Assembly: GCA_030704615.1 (NCBI GenBank)
Contig: CM060732.1
Coordinates: 8,060,001-8,124,000 of the forward strand
Direction of reading: 5' to 3'
Source: Takakia lepidozioides
Lineage: Eukaryota; Plantae; Bryophyta
DNA: 64,000 nt
A model generated the notes under the pieces. That model saw only the letters and a program-made list of their open reading frames with translations, had not been told where the DNA came from and did no database searches. Every line of letters begins with the position of its first letter. Position 1 is the stretch's first letter. Below, piece after piece: positions 48,226-60,905 of the stretch. The position numbers and the translations under genes were made by a program.

Positions 48226-51054
48226 GAGAGTTCAAATGCCTCTCCACCATGACCTTGCTTAGCTAACCATGCCTTGCTGATGTTGTTGTCTTGCACTTGA
48301 GCTGTTTTTGGACACTGGCTGGAACATCCACAAGGCGGCTCTGCTCAAGAGAGAAATCAGCTTGAATGCAGGGGCAAATTTTGAGATCACAATCACCACT
48401 CAGAACGTTGTTCTTTGCACCGACATGGCATGTCAGCATGCATATCAGCCCAAACTCATTACTCCGTGAGCCTTCCACTGCCGGACCCATTCAAGCCAGA
48501 TCTTCGAAACGCAGGGATGGAACGGGGTTTTGAAACCAGCATTGCCCAACTGGATAATTCAGCTCCGCATCTTGGTCCATTAATCTGCTGCACATTGTGA
48601 AGTTTTCTGCCCGTTCACCGCAAGTTGAAGAAGGAGTATTCTTAAAACACGGGTACTCATAATCTGAAAATGGCTCCAGCTTATGTTGCTTGAGTACGAA
48701 TATGAGTGTGGTTGGCTTGGCAGCTTTACATCTGGTCCATCCCACTCGATATGTTGAGCGGGTTCTGCTTGACTTCTCTCACACAAAAGACGCTGCCAAG
48801 ATGGGGTTTGCTGCCCTAGATGACTTCCCGTCGTTGTTCTGGGCTGCAACATACAATTAATCTGGCCCATGGCGAGGGGCCTTGCCTTCCACCAATCATC
48901 TGTAAGTCCTGTAAAACTGTTTTTGTGGCAGTTTGTAAGCAGTGGGCAGCGATGGTGGGATGTTGTAGGATTTGATGAACTCAATGCCGTGTACTGACAA
49001 CAACCCCTCATCTCTTATGCAAGCATTCAACAAGCCAAGTTGACTACAGAGCCAGCCCCCCACGTTTCTAGTTGCCTAATGTTCTTCATCTCCTGGGCAG
49101 AGCATTTTCCAAGGTCTCCATCTGTGATGTGATGACACACTATCTTCTCATGTGGTTCAGCTTCTGGTCTTGCTCTTGTTTGCACCACCCCAATGAAGGG
49201 CAATTCCCACCTACTTGATTCTCTCCATATGGTTGTCTTGGCAGGGTTTCCCACAACCGCCTTTCCTTTTCAGACTATCAGTCATCAGCCTCGTTCTCCA
49301 ATGCTTCACTTTCTTCCCAAGTGAAGTGCTCTCCTCTTTTATGCTTCAACGTCCCTGCAGGTGTCTTTTCCTTCATCTCCCGTGGTGCTTTCGAATGAAT
49401 GAGCACTGATTTGCATCTGTTGGCAACACTTACGGTGTCCCTTTCCTTGCATGCCATTGCAGGCCCGTCATTGACTTTCTTGGCACGGAAGTCTCCTCCT
49501 TCTCCCTCATTTTCTGGCTCTGTTGGTGCCCCATTCACCATGCTATCAGGGCTGCATTTATTTCGTGGTGTTGCGCTAGCCAAGGGCGATCTTTCACTGG
49601 TCCGATTGTTGGCAGCAGCTGATTGGAGTCTTCTTGGCAGAGTCTCTCACGAGCTCCCATCAATTTCAGGCATAAGGTTTTCTACCCTGCCCTTCCACTT
49701 TTCATAAGCGAGGTGCATGTCTTCCTCCCTTTCACTCTTCAGCCTCTCAGGCAGATTTTTCTTCATGCGATTGCTGCTCCCATACTTCTAGTCCTTGTTT
49801 AATTTTCTCCAGCCATCACCCTCAGATTTGACAAGGTATTGCTGCCCTTCCTTGTGTCTTTCCTCACTCCCAGCTGCTGGTTTTATCCCAAATTCACCTC
49901 TCATCCTTGCCTGGGGTTTTGCTTGCCAAACAGCCCTTGTGTGGGGAACTTCAACGAAAGGCAACGTCTCATTCTCAGCTCCTGTCTTTGTACCTCTTTG
50001 CAGCAGTCCAACCTCGAGTGCCTCACTTTCTGATTGCTGGGTTGCATTCTTCGACCGCCAACCTTTGACAGGAAAGTGTGCTCCATCTTCCTCATCTTCT
50101 ACTGGTTCCCTTGATGCTTCACCTCGTATGTCTTCCTCCTCATGTTTTAGCAGCAGCTCCCATGCCTGAATTGCTACTTTTCCTCGTAGTTGATCTTGTG
50201 CTTTCATTTTTCTCCGTAGCTTAATCAACTGTTTTGTCTTGGCAGCTCCCTTGCCATGAGTGCCTTGTCTCACTGCATCTCCCTTGGCTGCCCACCATCC
50301 GTGGAGTCTTTCTTGCACTATTCTGACCCTCGTTGGCATGCATTTTGCTGCGATGCCCCACATGTATTTGCTGCTCTTTTTAATCATCAACATAGTGCTC
50401 CAGAGCCAGTTCCTCATTGTTGACCAGTTGACATTCTCAGCCCTTGGACCCCATTTTCCCTTCTCCCATGTTGCCTCGTCTTTCTGCTTCATCATTTGCT
50501 TTACTTGCACGATGTTGCTTCTTCCCTACAACTCATCATGTGTTGTGGCTCTTTCCCATGTTGCACTCACTCCCATCACACGTTGTGCAGTTGATAAGAT
50601 TGAGATGAGTTGATGCATGATAGGGGGAGGGCTTGCTGGTTATGTTGTCCGATAGGCCCCACGCACAGAGTCAAAGCTGGAAGTCAGCCTTGCAAGGACC
50701 CAATTGAGAGAAGTCTGGTGGGGGTAGCATCTTGGGGGATGGCAGTTAGGGCAATGTGTGTCTAGGGCAATATATGTCATAGCAGCGGGTGATGTGCTGC
50801 CATTTTGAGGATAGAGACAGCCTGTAAGCTGTAGATTTGTATCAGTGGTTTCTTCTGACACATATTGCTCCCAGTTTGCCACAATCAGTTTTGTTTGCGT
50901 TTGTAGTGCATGTGCGAGCCTGCTGGGGAAGGGCAAAGAGGTCCATGGTTGCATCGTCAAAGCTGGAATTGTGGCAGATGTCATTCTGAACAATACCCTT
51001 GTGGACAGGGAGTGTTCAACAATATGGCTGAGCGAAGGATAGAGTGTAATGACT

Positions 51055-52140
51055 GCTAATGAAGGCACCTTCTTCAATTTCACCTTGTTTTCCCCTCTTA
51101 TCAGAATCGCCCCTAATTATTCATGTCTGAATTCTGCAAGTTAGCTGGTTGAGTTAAGCTTTGATAGTTTGGAGTGACTTTGACATGATTCTGCCAATGT
51201 GACAACAAGAAAGTATCAGAAACAGGTAACACAGACGAGGAGAAGTTGTGGAATGAATACTTTTATGACCCCAGTCAATGGTGGGACAATCGAGGCAAGA
51301 AGGTGAATGTTTGTTGGATTATAGAGAGTAGCAGATGCAATTGAGCGTAGGAACTAGTGTGATAAGTTGAGTTGGGTGCTTCCTAGAACAAGTCTAGGCT
51401 GTCATCGTCAACTGCTAGCAACAAGGCAAGGTTGTATGCATGATTCGTGCGAGGCATGGATAGGTGAAAGAGCAAGGATAGAGTGTGGGTGCAGATTCAC
51501 CCAAGAGGGCCGGGCTTCAAGCTCCAGATTAACTATGAAGCTACAAGAAACCTGCATGGGTAGATGGTCAACTGGCAGCAACGGCACAATTGATAAAATC
51601 AGACATTGTTAATGAAGGCATCTTCTTCAGCACATTTCACCCTGTTTTTCCCTCTTATCAGAATCTGCCCAAAATTTCCATGTTGAATTCTGCAAGTTAA
51701 CTGGTTGAGTGAATCTAGTTTGGAGTGACTTTGACATGATACTGCTATGTGACAACATGAAAGTATCAAAAAACAAGTAACAGACATGAGGAGAAGCTGT
51801 GGAATGAATACTTTTCTACCCCCAGTCAATGATGGGACAACCGAGGCAAAAAGGTGAATGTCTGCTACATTTCAGAGAATAGCAGACGCAATTGAGCATA
51901 GGAACTAGTGTGATAAGCTGAGTTGGGTGTTTCCTAGAACAAATGTAGGTTGTCATTGTCAGCTACTAGTAGCAAGGCAAGGATGAATGCATGATTTGTG
52001 CAGGGGCATGGATAGCTGAAGGAGCAGGGATAGAGTGTGGTCCAGATTCATCCTAGAGGGCCAAATTTCAAGCACAAGATTACCTATGATTCCCTGTGGA
52101 TCAATAACTACAAGAAACCTCCATGGGTAGATGGTCTATT
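51055..52140 (+). repeat. Two tandem copies of the ~550-bp repeat
   Basis: Units begin (c/t)taatgaaggca(c/t)cttcttca at about 51056 and 51609 and align throughout. Confidence 0.88.
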
Positions 52141-53449
52141 CCGTGGAACTCACTGAAGTCTTGCATTATGAGGATCAGAACTGCTTGGCAGCTTACTTGC
52201 ACGAGGCCTTGACCCTTAGGCAATCCCCAGAGCAGCAGTAGCTTTTGGGCTGCTTTTTTACTTTGTGTTTTTCATTTTGTCCCATAAGCTCTTTGAGCTT
52301 TCCGTAGATGTAATAAAGTACCATTTTGTTTCATTTCATTCATTTTCATTTCATTTTGTTTCATGGCATGTCTTTCATCGTTTGTGCATTTCTAAGGTAT
52401 GATTAGTTCTCTTGTATGGCATTACTAGTCGACTCACTACAAACACCAAAACTCCAAATCACTATTGTTCAAGTAATTTCGAGCACTTCATGTAAAGTAG
52501 TAAAGCAGTGGTTGCGCCAACTTCCGCAGTCGCAATTGCCACTGGGCATGTAGCACTGCAAGTTATGTGGTCTACTACCACGTGGCGCCCCGGGCCCGTG
52601 GCCACGTGGCAGCAATGCTGCTCGTCGTGGCGCCGCCACGTCGGCGTCCACATCGTCGTCCACGTCCGCGTCCATGTGTCACCGCGCTTCGGTGAGTCGG
52701 TCTATTCATCCGGAGGGAAAAGTCAAAGTCAGCCCAAAAGGTCAGACACACGGGCGGCCCGTCTGGTTACGCCACGTGGTTCTTCAGCATTAATCGCATT
52801 AATCGCTGAGCAGTTGTTCGCGCGTCTGCGTCCTTTACCACTCCAATCATTGGATGTCCAACCCAACTACCACGTCTGTTGTAACTAGTCGTTTGTAACT
52901 TCCAGTCGATCCCAATTTTTTTACTTTTACAACTCAAAATGAGTCGTTACTCCAGTGGTAAATGACACGAATGCTTCTAGTGAAGGTAACCGGGTAGAGA
53001 ACTTGTTGCGGCTTATGGTTTGGAATACTAGCTTCCTAACATAACCTACACCTGCACCTGCATCCACCGCAAGCACTTCTATGGTTGGCTGGTCATCACC
53101 TCCAATCTCACCACATGAGAAACAATGATGGTCTGACTGGTCATCACCCCAGCCTCACCATCGACAGCATGCTCTAGGACTGGCCGGTGATCAAATCCGG
53201 ACCAATCACCTATAAAAACAAGCGCCCACACAAAACTAACATGGCGCACAGTCAAACATGCAGGTATGGAGGGGATCCAAACACAAGAAATCAGAACGAC
53301 AACTCCCCCATACCAAAAACAATTCCATGGTGTTGCTTCTGCAAGGACACCCCAGCCCAAACCCGGACTGACTCTTGCCTCCACCTACGTCAAGACCACA
53401 TGTCAGTCCTTAGGCAGTCCACCAGTGCCTCCACGAGTCAGCACAGGCC

Positions 53450-54010
53450 GTCCGCAGGTCAATACGGGCCACCACAGACCAGCACAGGCCCACACAGATC
53501 ACTGGTCACAGCCCGTCACAGCCCCAAAAGCCAAAGGTCACAGCCTGTCACAGCCCTACACAGGTCACAGGGTCACAGCCCTACACAGGTCACAGGGTCA
53601 CAGCCCCATAGGCCACAGCCTGTCACAGCCCGTCACAGCCCCAAAGGCTACATGTCACAGCCTGTCACAGCCCCCACGGCCACAGATCACAGCCTGTCAC
53701 AGCCCTACAAAGGTCACAGGGGTCACAGCCCCAAAGGCCACAGCCTATCACAGCCCTACACAGGTCACATGGGTCATAGCCCCAAAGGCCACAGCCTGTC
53801 ACAGCCCCTCACAGGCCACAGGGCACAGCCTGTCACAGTGTCTCAGAGCCCTTCACAGCCCCACAGCCCATAGGGCACAACCTATCACAACCCCTCACAG
53901 CCCCTCACAGCCTCTCACAGCCCCACAGGCCACCTATCACAGCCCATCACAGCCCTACACAGGTCATAGGATCACGGCCCTACATGCCATAGCCCATCAC
54001 AGCCCCATCC
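53450..54010 (+). repeat. Minisatellite-like tract of (gt)cacagcc / cacaggtcacag motifs
   Basis: Dozens of cacagcc-based 10-20 bp units; the open frames over it are repeat artefacts. Confidence 0.9.
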
Positions 54011-54329
54011 ATGGCCACTCATGGTAGTTTAGCCATTTTTCCAAGGGTTTAGCCACGCTAAGCTAGGGTTTGTGTCTCTTGGACTCTAGGCTTCTTTGCA
54101 CCGAGCTATGGCGGCTATGAAGAAATCAGCAAGGTATTCTTGCTCTTTCGGCTTCCACATACCACCAATAGTAGCCCTAAGCCATGAGAAAGATGGTTGC
54201 GACAAACCAAGCCTTATTTCTCACTTAGACTCCCCAAACACGCCACCAAACTCAATGGCAAACAACCAAGCCTTGCTGGTTTCCAGCCCTTGTAAGCACT
54301 CATTCAAGCGTTTTCCTTGGCCATAGCAT

Positions 54330-55140
54330 TTGTCTTAGAGCCTATTCCAGCCCCCTACACCTGCCACTTCAAGAGCCATGCTCTATCTAGGCTTGAGGTT
54401 GAAACCCCACCTCACATATGCCCTACAAGTGCTTTTCTTTCACCCAAGTGGGAACCAGCCCTAGCCCTTCAATTCTAGCTCTCTAAAGCTTGAAAACAAA
54501 AGCCCAATGGACTGAAGGCATGCTCCACACATGCCCCACTCTCACCACAAGAGAATCAGCCCTTTTGCTTCCTTTCTTGCACCCACCAACCTGAAAATAC
54601 AAGCTTCAGTGGGCTGGAAGCATTCTCCACACATGCCCTACAGGGAAACCAACCCCTTCCTTCCTTTCTTGCACTCCCAAACCTGAAAGTACAAGCCTTC
54701 AACGGGCTGAAAGCATGCTCCACACATGCGTTGCCCTCACATAAGAGAAGTCAACCCTTCCCTCTTCCTTGCTTGCCCTCCAAGCTTGAAGATGGAAGCT
54801 TCAATGGGCTGCATGCATGCTCCACACATGCATCCTCTTCACACAAGAGGTAATATCAGCCCCATATCTTGGCTCTTTGGCTCCTTGATGCTCTCTAAGA
54901 CAAGACTAAGCACTCCACAGCCCTTGCCAAGCTCCTGAAACCCTAAGGCTTACATTTCCAGCTACAAGACACTCCTCTTGTGGTGCAAGAGCTCTTCTTC
55001 CAAGCTCTGAAACCCTAGGTGCAGATTCCATGGCCTTGTCGCACATCTTAGCTCCTATTCCAGCCCTGCTCTTGCCATGACAAGAGCCCTCTCAATGCTG
55101 AAGCTCGAGATTGAAACCCAATCTCAACATACTCCACAAA
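54330..55140 (+). repeat. Degenerate direct repeats (~100-110 bp x3-4, plus a ~100 bp duplication at 54340/55052)
   Basis: gggctg.aagcatgctccacacatg recurs at about 54510, 54610, 54705 and 54805; ctattccagccc...ttgaaaccc occurs at about 54340 and 55052. Confidence 0.65.
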
Positions 55141-58100
55141 GTGCACTGATTTGCCCCAAGCCAAATCAGCCCTTTCACTTGGTCTTTCAATCCTTCACAC
55201 AATGAAAGCTCGCATTCCCAAGTCCAGTTCTCAGCTTTGCCACCAAAGCCACTCTAACCTGCTTTTTACTGGTCATCTTCCCAATCGTGCTTGCTCATGC
55301 AGCATGTACACAATCTGAAACCATCAAGGTGCTCTAGAATTACCTGCAGCATGGTGCTTTCATCTTTGAAGCTGAAGATCGAATGCCAAGGTCTATTACC
55401 TCGTAATCCACATCGCCTCCGCTTCTAACAATCAAGAGCTCCACGGTGCTCCTTGCATAACAACCTGGTTTCTTTCATTCTCAAGCAAAAACCACAAGTG
55501 CTACAACTAACTCATATCTGGCACTCACAGATACGAACTCATATTTCTCGAGTGATAAAAATGAAGAATACAAGCACGAGCTCACAAAGCTGAAGCATAA
55601 ATTCATGCATATATAACCTCATCACTCAAATACAAGTCAAGCCAAGTGCACCCCACGCCATGGGGAATCCACACTACGGCGCCATAGGTAGGCGCGGTGA
55701 GGCTGAACTCGAGAAAGATGAGCCTCCCGCGCTTGCCGTGAAGATAACCACTCCAGGGCCTAAATCTGCCTTGACCCCTAGATTGATACTTGGGCCAATC
55801 CCAAATGTCAATATGTAAAAGCTAGCTATTTCCTAGCTAATTTCACACTAGTGGTGAAATAACTTGACAACAGACATTTGACTGTTGATGGATTGGTTGT
55901 ACGTATGATATCTTGCTAGAAAACACAAATTTCGGTCCAGTTCTGCTGCTATGATGTACTTCCTCTCAGTCTGTGCTTGAGAAAGAGAGGGAGACAGCTT
56001 GCATTTTACACTGGCTTCGTTGAAGTGTTTTCTGGTGAAGTTTCATCTCCCCTTCCTTCTTCCAAAGAGAGGGGGGGGCGAGAGAGAGAGAAGATACTTT
56101 TTGTCATGTCAAGACAAAGACAAGACCCCTAGGGTCGTTGTCATGAAAGAATAAATAGACATATCAGCCACTTAACAGTGGCACCATCCATCAATCATCA
56201 AGCTTAGAAAATCCAGAATTACATCCATGCACAGTAATGTGTTCATGTCAGTATTATTTATAACCTAAAGGGCATGCCACTGATGCTGATTGACCACCAG
56301 TCAAGATCATGATACACTTACAGAGGTCTGGGTGGGATGGCGGGTACTTGGCCATATTTTGGCCTTGATGTGGTGCAGGTCACATAATCATACAAATTTA
56401 CTGTCTACAAGCTATAATCCAAGCATACTTACTAAAACCCCATGGGTGTCATGGAGGGTTTTCTTAAAAAAGAAAGGAACGCTTGGATATCACAGATTTA
56501 AATACCTTGCATTGCCAGTATTTGTTTAGACTGGTGTGCAGTACAGCTTGCCCCCACAGGGGATGTGGATATGTCTGGTAAGTTCTCTAGAATACCCCTA
56601 TACCTTTATTTCTTGCTACAGCTGAAAATCAAAGCTCATGACACAACAAGGTAAATATAAAGGACTGCATACACATCCTGTGACAGTATATGATACTGTC
56701 AGTACACCCTTCACATCATTCCACATTTGACCATGTCATTACACCATGTCCAGGGGGTATTTCCACTTGACCACCTTGGCTGCCTCAAAAACCAATTACC
56801 ATTTATATTACTGCCATATTTCAGTGTCAGCCGAATAGCCACCGGTAGAAACTTCACCATACCTTGGCCTAAGCATCTAGCTAACAAAACCATCTGGGTT
56901 GGAACATAACATGGACCTTTTACCAACAGAGGTAGCCGAGTAGCTGCATGAGCAACCATTTCCTTGCAGCCTCTCACTTTGTTTCCAACTACCATAAGGT
57001 AAGCAAAGAAAACTAGGGCCTGGAAAACAGATGTGTGTCTCTCACACAAGCCATCATAAATCAGGCTGTCACCACATAACAGAGGTTTTCCACCGGCTGG
57101 GCCGAACTAGCTCATCGTAGAAAGCATTACACTTGTTCTTCAAAAATCAAGGAAGGAAAGAGGTAGGATCAAGAAAAACCATAGAGTAGTTTAGTTTTTC
57201 AACATTTTAAGATGAGTCTCTGGCAAGCGATTCCTTCCCCTGCTCTGCAATCCCACTTGGCATCCAGCAGCACCTAGACATCAGAATATTAAGTGGAAGC
57301 CCTCACCTGTGCCCGTCCCAAAAACAACCACAACGCATTGTGAGTTAGTGAGGATGCACGAGGTGAGTAACAGGCTTCCACACTTGTTATCGAGGTCAAA
57401 TACACTTCAATCTAAGCGCAGAGAATGCCAAAGAAAGCAGGAAACAAAACAAACAGAAAAAGAATTTTTTTTACTGTCTGGGGGAGAGTCGTCATCTCTC
57501 CACAAGCTAACCGTGCAGGGAGGACTCCGCCAACACCACAACACTGCTACCTTAACCAAAGCAAAGTCTTGCCAAGCACAAGAAAAAAGAGCTCGGTCTC
57601 AAAAGGTAGGGTTTATAAAGGGAGGGAGAGAGACTTCATTGTTCTACCAAGACGCCGCCATTCATCAGAGATCCAGAGGAGGGCTCCTAGGGAAACGTCA
57701 TAAGCATGCAGGTGGTACCTCCGCCATCACTGCCGCGGTTCCTTTGTGCAGCAAAAAAACAGACAACTGAGACAGTGAATCTTCCCTCATCTCTAAGCCA
57801 CCGCCATCGCCTTAAAGAGCCCGCCAAGGCGGCGCTCACATGAGCCATAAACACTCAAGGATTGGCACCTCAAGGTATCTGCAGCACGAGCACCATTGCT
57901 CCTCACAAGCCACCATCGCGCGCGTTCTCGCAACACAAAAAAAAAGACATTAGGGTTGCGCAGGGTTTTCCCCTGTCTGGCCCGTCATTCATCCTTCTTA
58001 GGATGAAAAACATCCGCCAGTCTGTCCGTCCGACGGACGTTGTCCGTTTCTCATTCGAGGAAGATGAAAGACATCGTGCTTTCATCCTGTCTTGCACTCA

Positions 58101-58399
58101 ATGGATGTAGTCCGTATTTCATCTAGGTTAGATGAAAAACATCGGGGGTTTATACCTGTCTTGCCCCGTATTTAGGTCCTATCAGATGAAGTCCTTTTTT
58201 CATCCAAGTTGGATTGAAAAAGTAGAAACTGACGGGAGTTTTGCAACTCACAGGTATTTTAGTGAAGAAATATTTCACTAGGAAATATTTTTTTGTATTT
58301 TGGATGAAAAAACATCCAAAATTCCCTGCAACCCAAGTTTTCAATTTTTTTCCAATTTCCTCAAAGATGGAAGTCGGGACAACAATTCCATAAACCCAG

Positions 58400-59345
58400 T
58401 TTCCAGAGGGAGAGAGAGGGAGAGAGAGGGAGAATGTACTCATGAGATGTTGGTTGCTGAAGCCTTGTGGCCATAGACCCCATGCCCACTTTGTGTGGAA
58501 CAAAAGGGAGAGAAATTTAATGGTACTTTATAGCGTCCGCGGAAAGCTCAAAGAGCATGTGGGACAAGAGAAAGGAAGAAATAAGAAAGAGAGGGGACCC
58601 ACCACAAGCAGCCCAAAGGCAACTATGCTCAAGGGATTGTGTAAGAGTAAACACCTCGTGGAGGTAAGCTGTGAAGCATTTCTGATCCTCGAAATAGAAG
58701 ACCTCCACGAAAGAGTGGTATTATGGAATAGACAATTGCATCTCCCACGGATCTCATAGTAGAAAGGGAAGTGAAAAAAATGTTCTTCATTTCCGATTTC
58801 CCTGTTTCCAGTGCAAACGGGGCATAGGTGGTCCTCATGTTGCAGGTTGTCCCACCTACCAGTCTCTATCCGCAGACTGTGGGAGCCCTCCCTAAGCCTC
58901 CCCAATGCCCTTAGAAGAGAGGGAGATAGAAACAGACAGGTGATTGGGTCACAGGATTCTTTTGTCATGGAGGACCAAGAATGTCTCCCGATAAAACTGC
59001 AGTTTTGTTGTAAGATTGGCTGGTTTCCATGAGAGAGTGAGAGAGAGAGAGAGATTGTACTCATAAGACATTGTTTGCCAGAGAGAGAGAGAGAGAGAGA
59101 GAGTTTGTGTGTGTGTCGGGGTGTACCCATAAGAGGTTGTTTGCCATAGCCTTGTGGCCATAGACCCCATGCCTAGTTTGGGCAGAACAAAAGGGAACAG
59201 ACACTACCTTTGTGAGGGCTCACTCCGGTAGTGGGACTTACCTTGATATAGACAATTAGTTCAGGCTTTCCAGATATCTTCTAGAAAGCCCTTCAGACAA
59301 GCATCAACCTGCTGTATGTAAGCGAGAGAGAGAGAGAGAGAGAGA
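58400..59345 (-). mobile_element. Two tandem 5'-truncated LINE 3' ends embedded in (GA)n/(TC)n tracts
   Basis: 58920-58700 encodes LGRLREGSHSLRIETGRW...CPVC...NEEHF...YYEIR, a LINE ORF2 C-terminal Zn domain. Both pieces end in gggtctatggccacaaggct...atgagtaca.tctc(tc)n. 59160-59320 matches 10540-10720. Confidence 0.7.
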
Positions 59346-60905
59346 TGGGCTGAAAATTAAGTTTATGACATCAACAGGAGACATCCATGTCTACCCAACT
59401 GGTAGAACCCGCTTCTGATAAAAGAGAGAGAGATGATCAATCTGGAATGTCTTTTTTGGCTGGTGGTACAGTTGGTGAAGATCCGGCTACAGCAACAGAG
59501 AGGGCTAGGCCGAGATGATTTGAAGTACCAGGGGCCCTTGCATTGTGCTCGTACAATTATCTGAGAAGAAGGCATTCTGGGGCTATGGTCAGGGGCTGCT
59601 CCCACTGTCCTGCGCAATGGTGTCAACCAGGCGGTTATGTTCAGTGGGAAGAATGCCTGTGACCGTGTCCTTTGGAAGAAAAAAGAGGGTGACAGTCGTA
59701 TTCTTCAGCCGTGGCAATCTATGATCTCTGGGTTTCTAGCTGGAACTGCTGGTCCTCTGGTAACGGGCCCATTCGATGTTGTGAAGACGAGGTTGATGGC
59801 TCAGACCCGGGGTCCAACAGGAGAGCTCCGTTACAATGGGATGGTGCATGCCTTGCATCAAATTTATGCTGATGAAGGGGTGTTGGCACTATGGAGAGGG
59901 TCGCTACCCCGTTTGATGCGGATTCGCCCAGGTCAAGCCATCATGTGGGCTGTCGTCGACCAGGTCACTGGGTTTTATGAACGCAAGTTCTTGAGGCCAG
60001 CTATGGTAGGGGGTAGATAGGGAGACAGATAGCAGGGAAAATGAAGCCATATTGAGGAGATAGACTGTATTTATTGACTGTTCCGTATGGCAATGTCCCC
60101 ATGAGATATCCAGCCAGCCAGAGGGGCTCATGTTGTGTAGCTTGGCATAGCTAGTGGAGCAGAGTAGAAGAGGGAATAGGGATGAGAAGAAAAATGAAGG
60201 GCTTTCACTATCACTGCTGCAGGTAGTGGGTTCTATTTTCCGAATAAGTTTCTGCTTTAATGTCCCTTCTTTAAAATCTACCCGAAAGGAGGGTAAGGGG
60301 TTAACGAGAGAGAGTTGGGGGTCAACAATAATGAAGAAATAGACCTATCTACTGGGCTCCAGCACAAGTCAGTTCCTCATAGCGTGAAATTGACTCCTCT
60401 GACGGGCAGGAGGACGAGGGTGAGGGTGAAGGGGAGGCTCCTTCTATTTCATTGTTGAGATCGAAATTTGAATCAAGTCTGGATTGTGTACAAGTTTGAG
60501 CAAATTCTTTCAAGGTGGGCTCAGCTTGAACAAGATGTTCTCTCTCTTTCCCTCCTTTCTCTCTGTCTGATGCAGCCTCGTTTTTCACAATCCATAATGC
60601 TCTTGTCCCAGTTTGGTATGTATACATGCCTTGAAGCTGTGAGATGGAGGTGTGACCAACCCAGAACTGCAAGGAGCCCACAAGGGCGTGCCATTGCCAC
60701 AATCCCGAATATTCTCGTATTATTCTCAGGAAAATAAAGGATATACCTTTGTGATCTCCAGGATAATAGAAATATCCGACCATAATTCTTTTTATACTCC
60801 ACTCCATTTTAAGGAAAAAAAGAAAAAGGAAAGTCTGAAATCTGAAAGGGAGGGAGGGAGGGAGGGAGGGAGGCAGAACTTGGAGACAGAGAGGGAGAGG
60901 GCGTG

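Larger units (their letters stand above)
46562..52982. mobile_element. Non-autonomous CACTA element (6.4 kb) carrying PPR fragments and ~550-bp tandem repeats
   Basis: TIRs CACTAGAAGCATTCGTGTC / GACACGAATGCTTCTAGTG and a perfect 3-bp TSD AAG (46559-46561, 52983-52985). Confidence 0.92.
22247..60020 (+). pseudogene. SFC1: Mitochondrial succinate-fumarate carrier (SFC1-like) pseudogene. Exon 1 22247-22658, exon 2 59472-60020, separated by a ~36.8 kb TE-filled intron
   Basis: Exon 1: IPLYVKAISGSLRGLVEACCPQPIDVIKT.LQLD...EGVRALWKGL.PFATH, then a frameshift, ending ..FE|gt. Exon 2: LVKIRLQQQRGL...CARTII*EEGILGLWSGAAPTVLRNG...LQPWQSMISGFLAGTAGP..TGPFDVVKTRLMAQ. There is an in-frame TGA at 59562-59564 and indels in exon 1. 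Confidence 0.85.

Noticed and set aside
53187-54027. Long ORFs of 228 and 253 aa
   Set aside because: They arise from a stop-free cacagcc minisatellite and show no domain signal.
57950-58335. Possible MITE with GGGTTGC...GCAACCC ends
   Set aside because: The inverted match is short and imperfect and no TSD is discernible.
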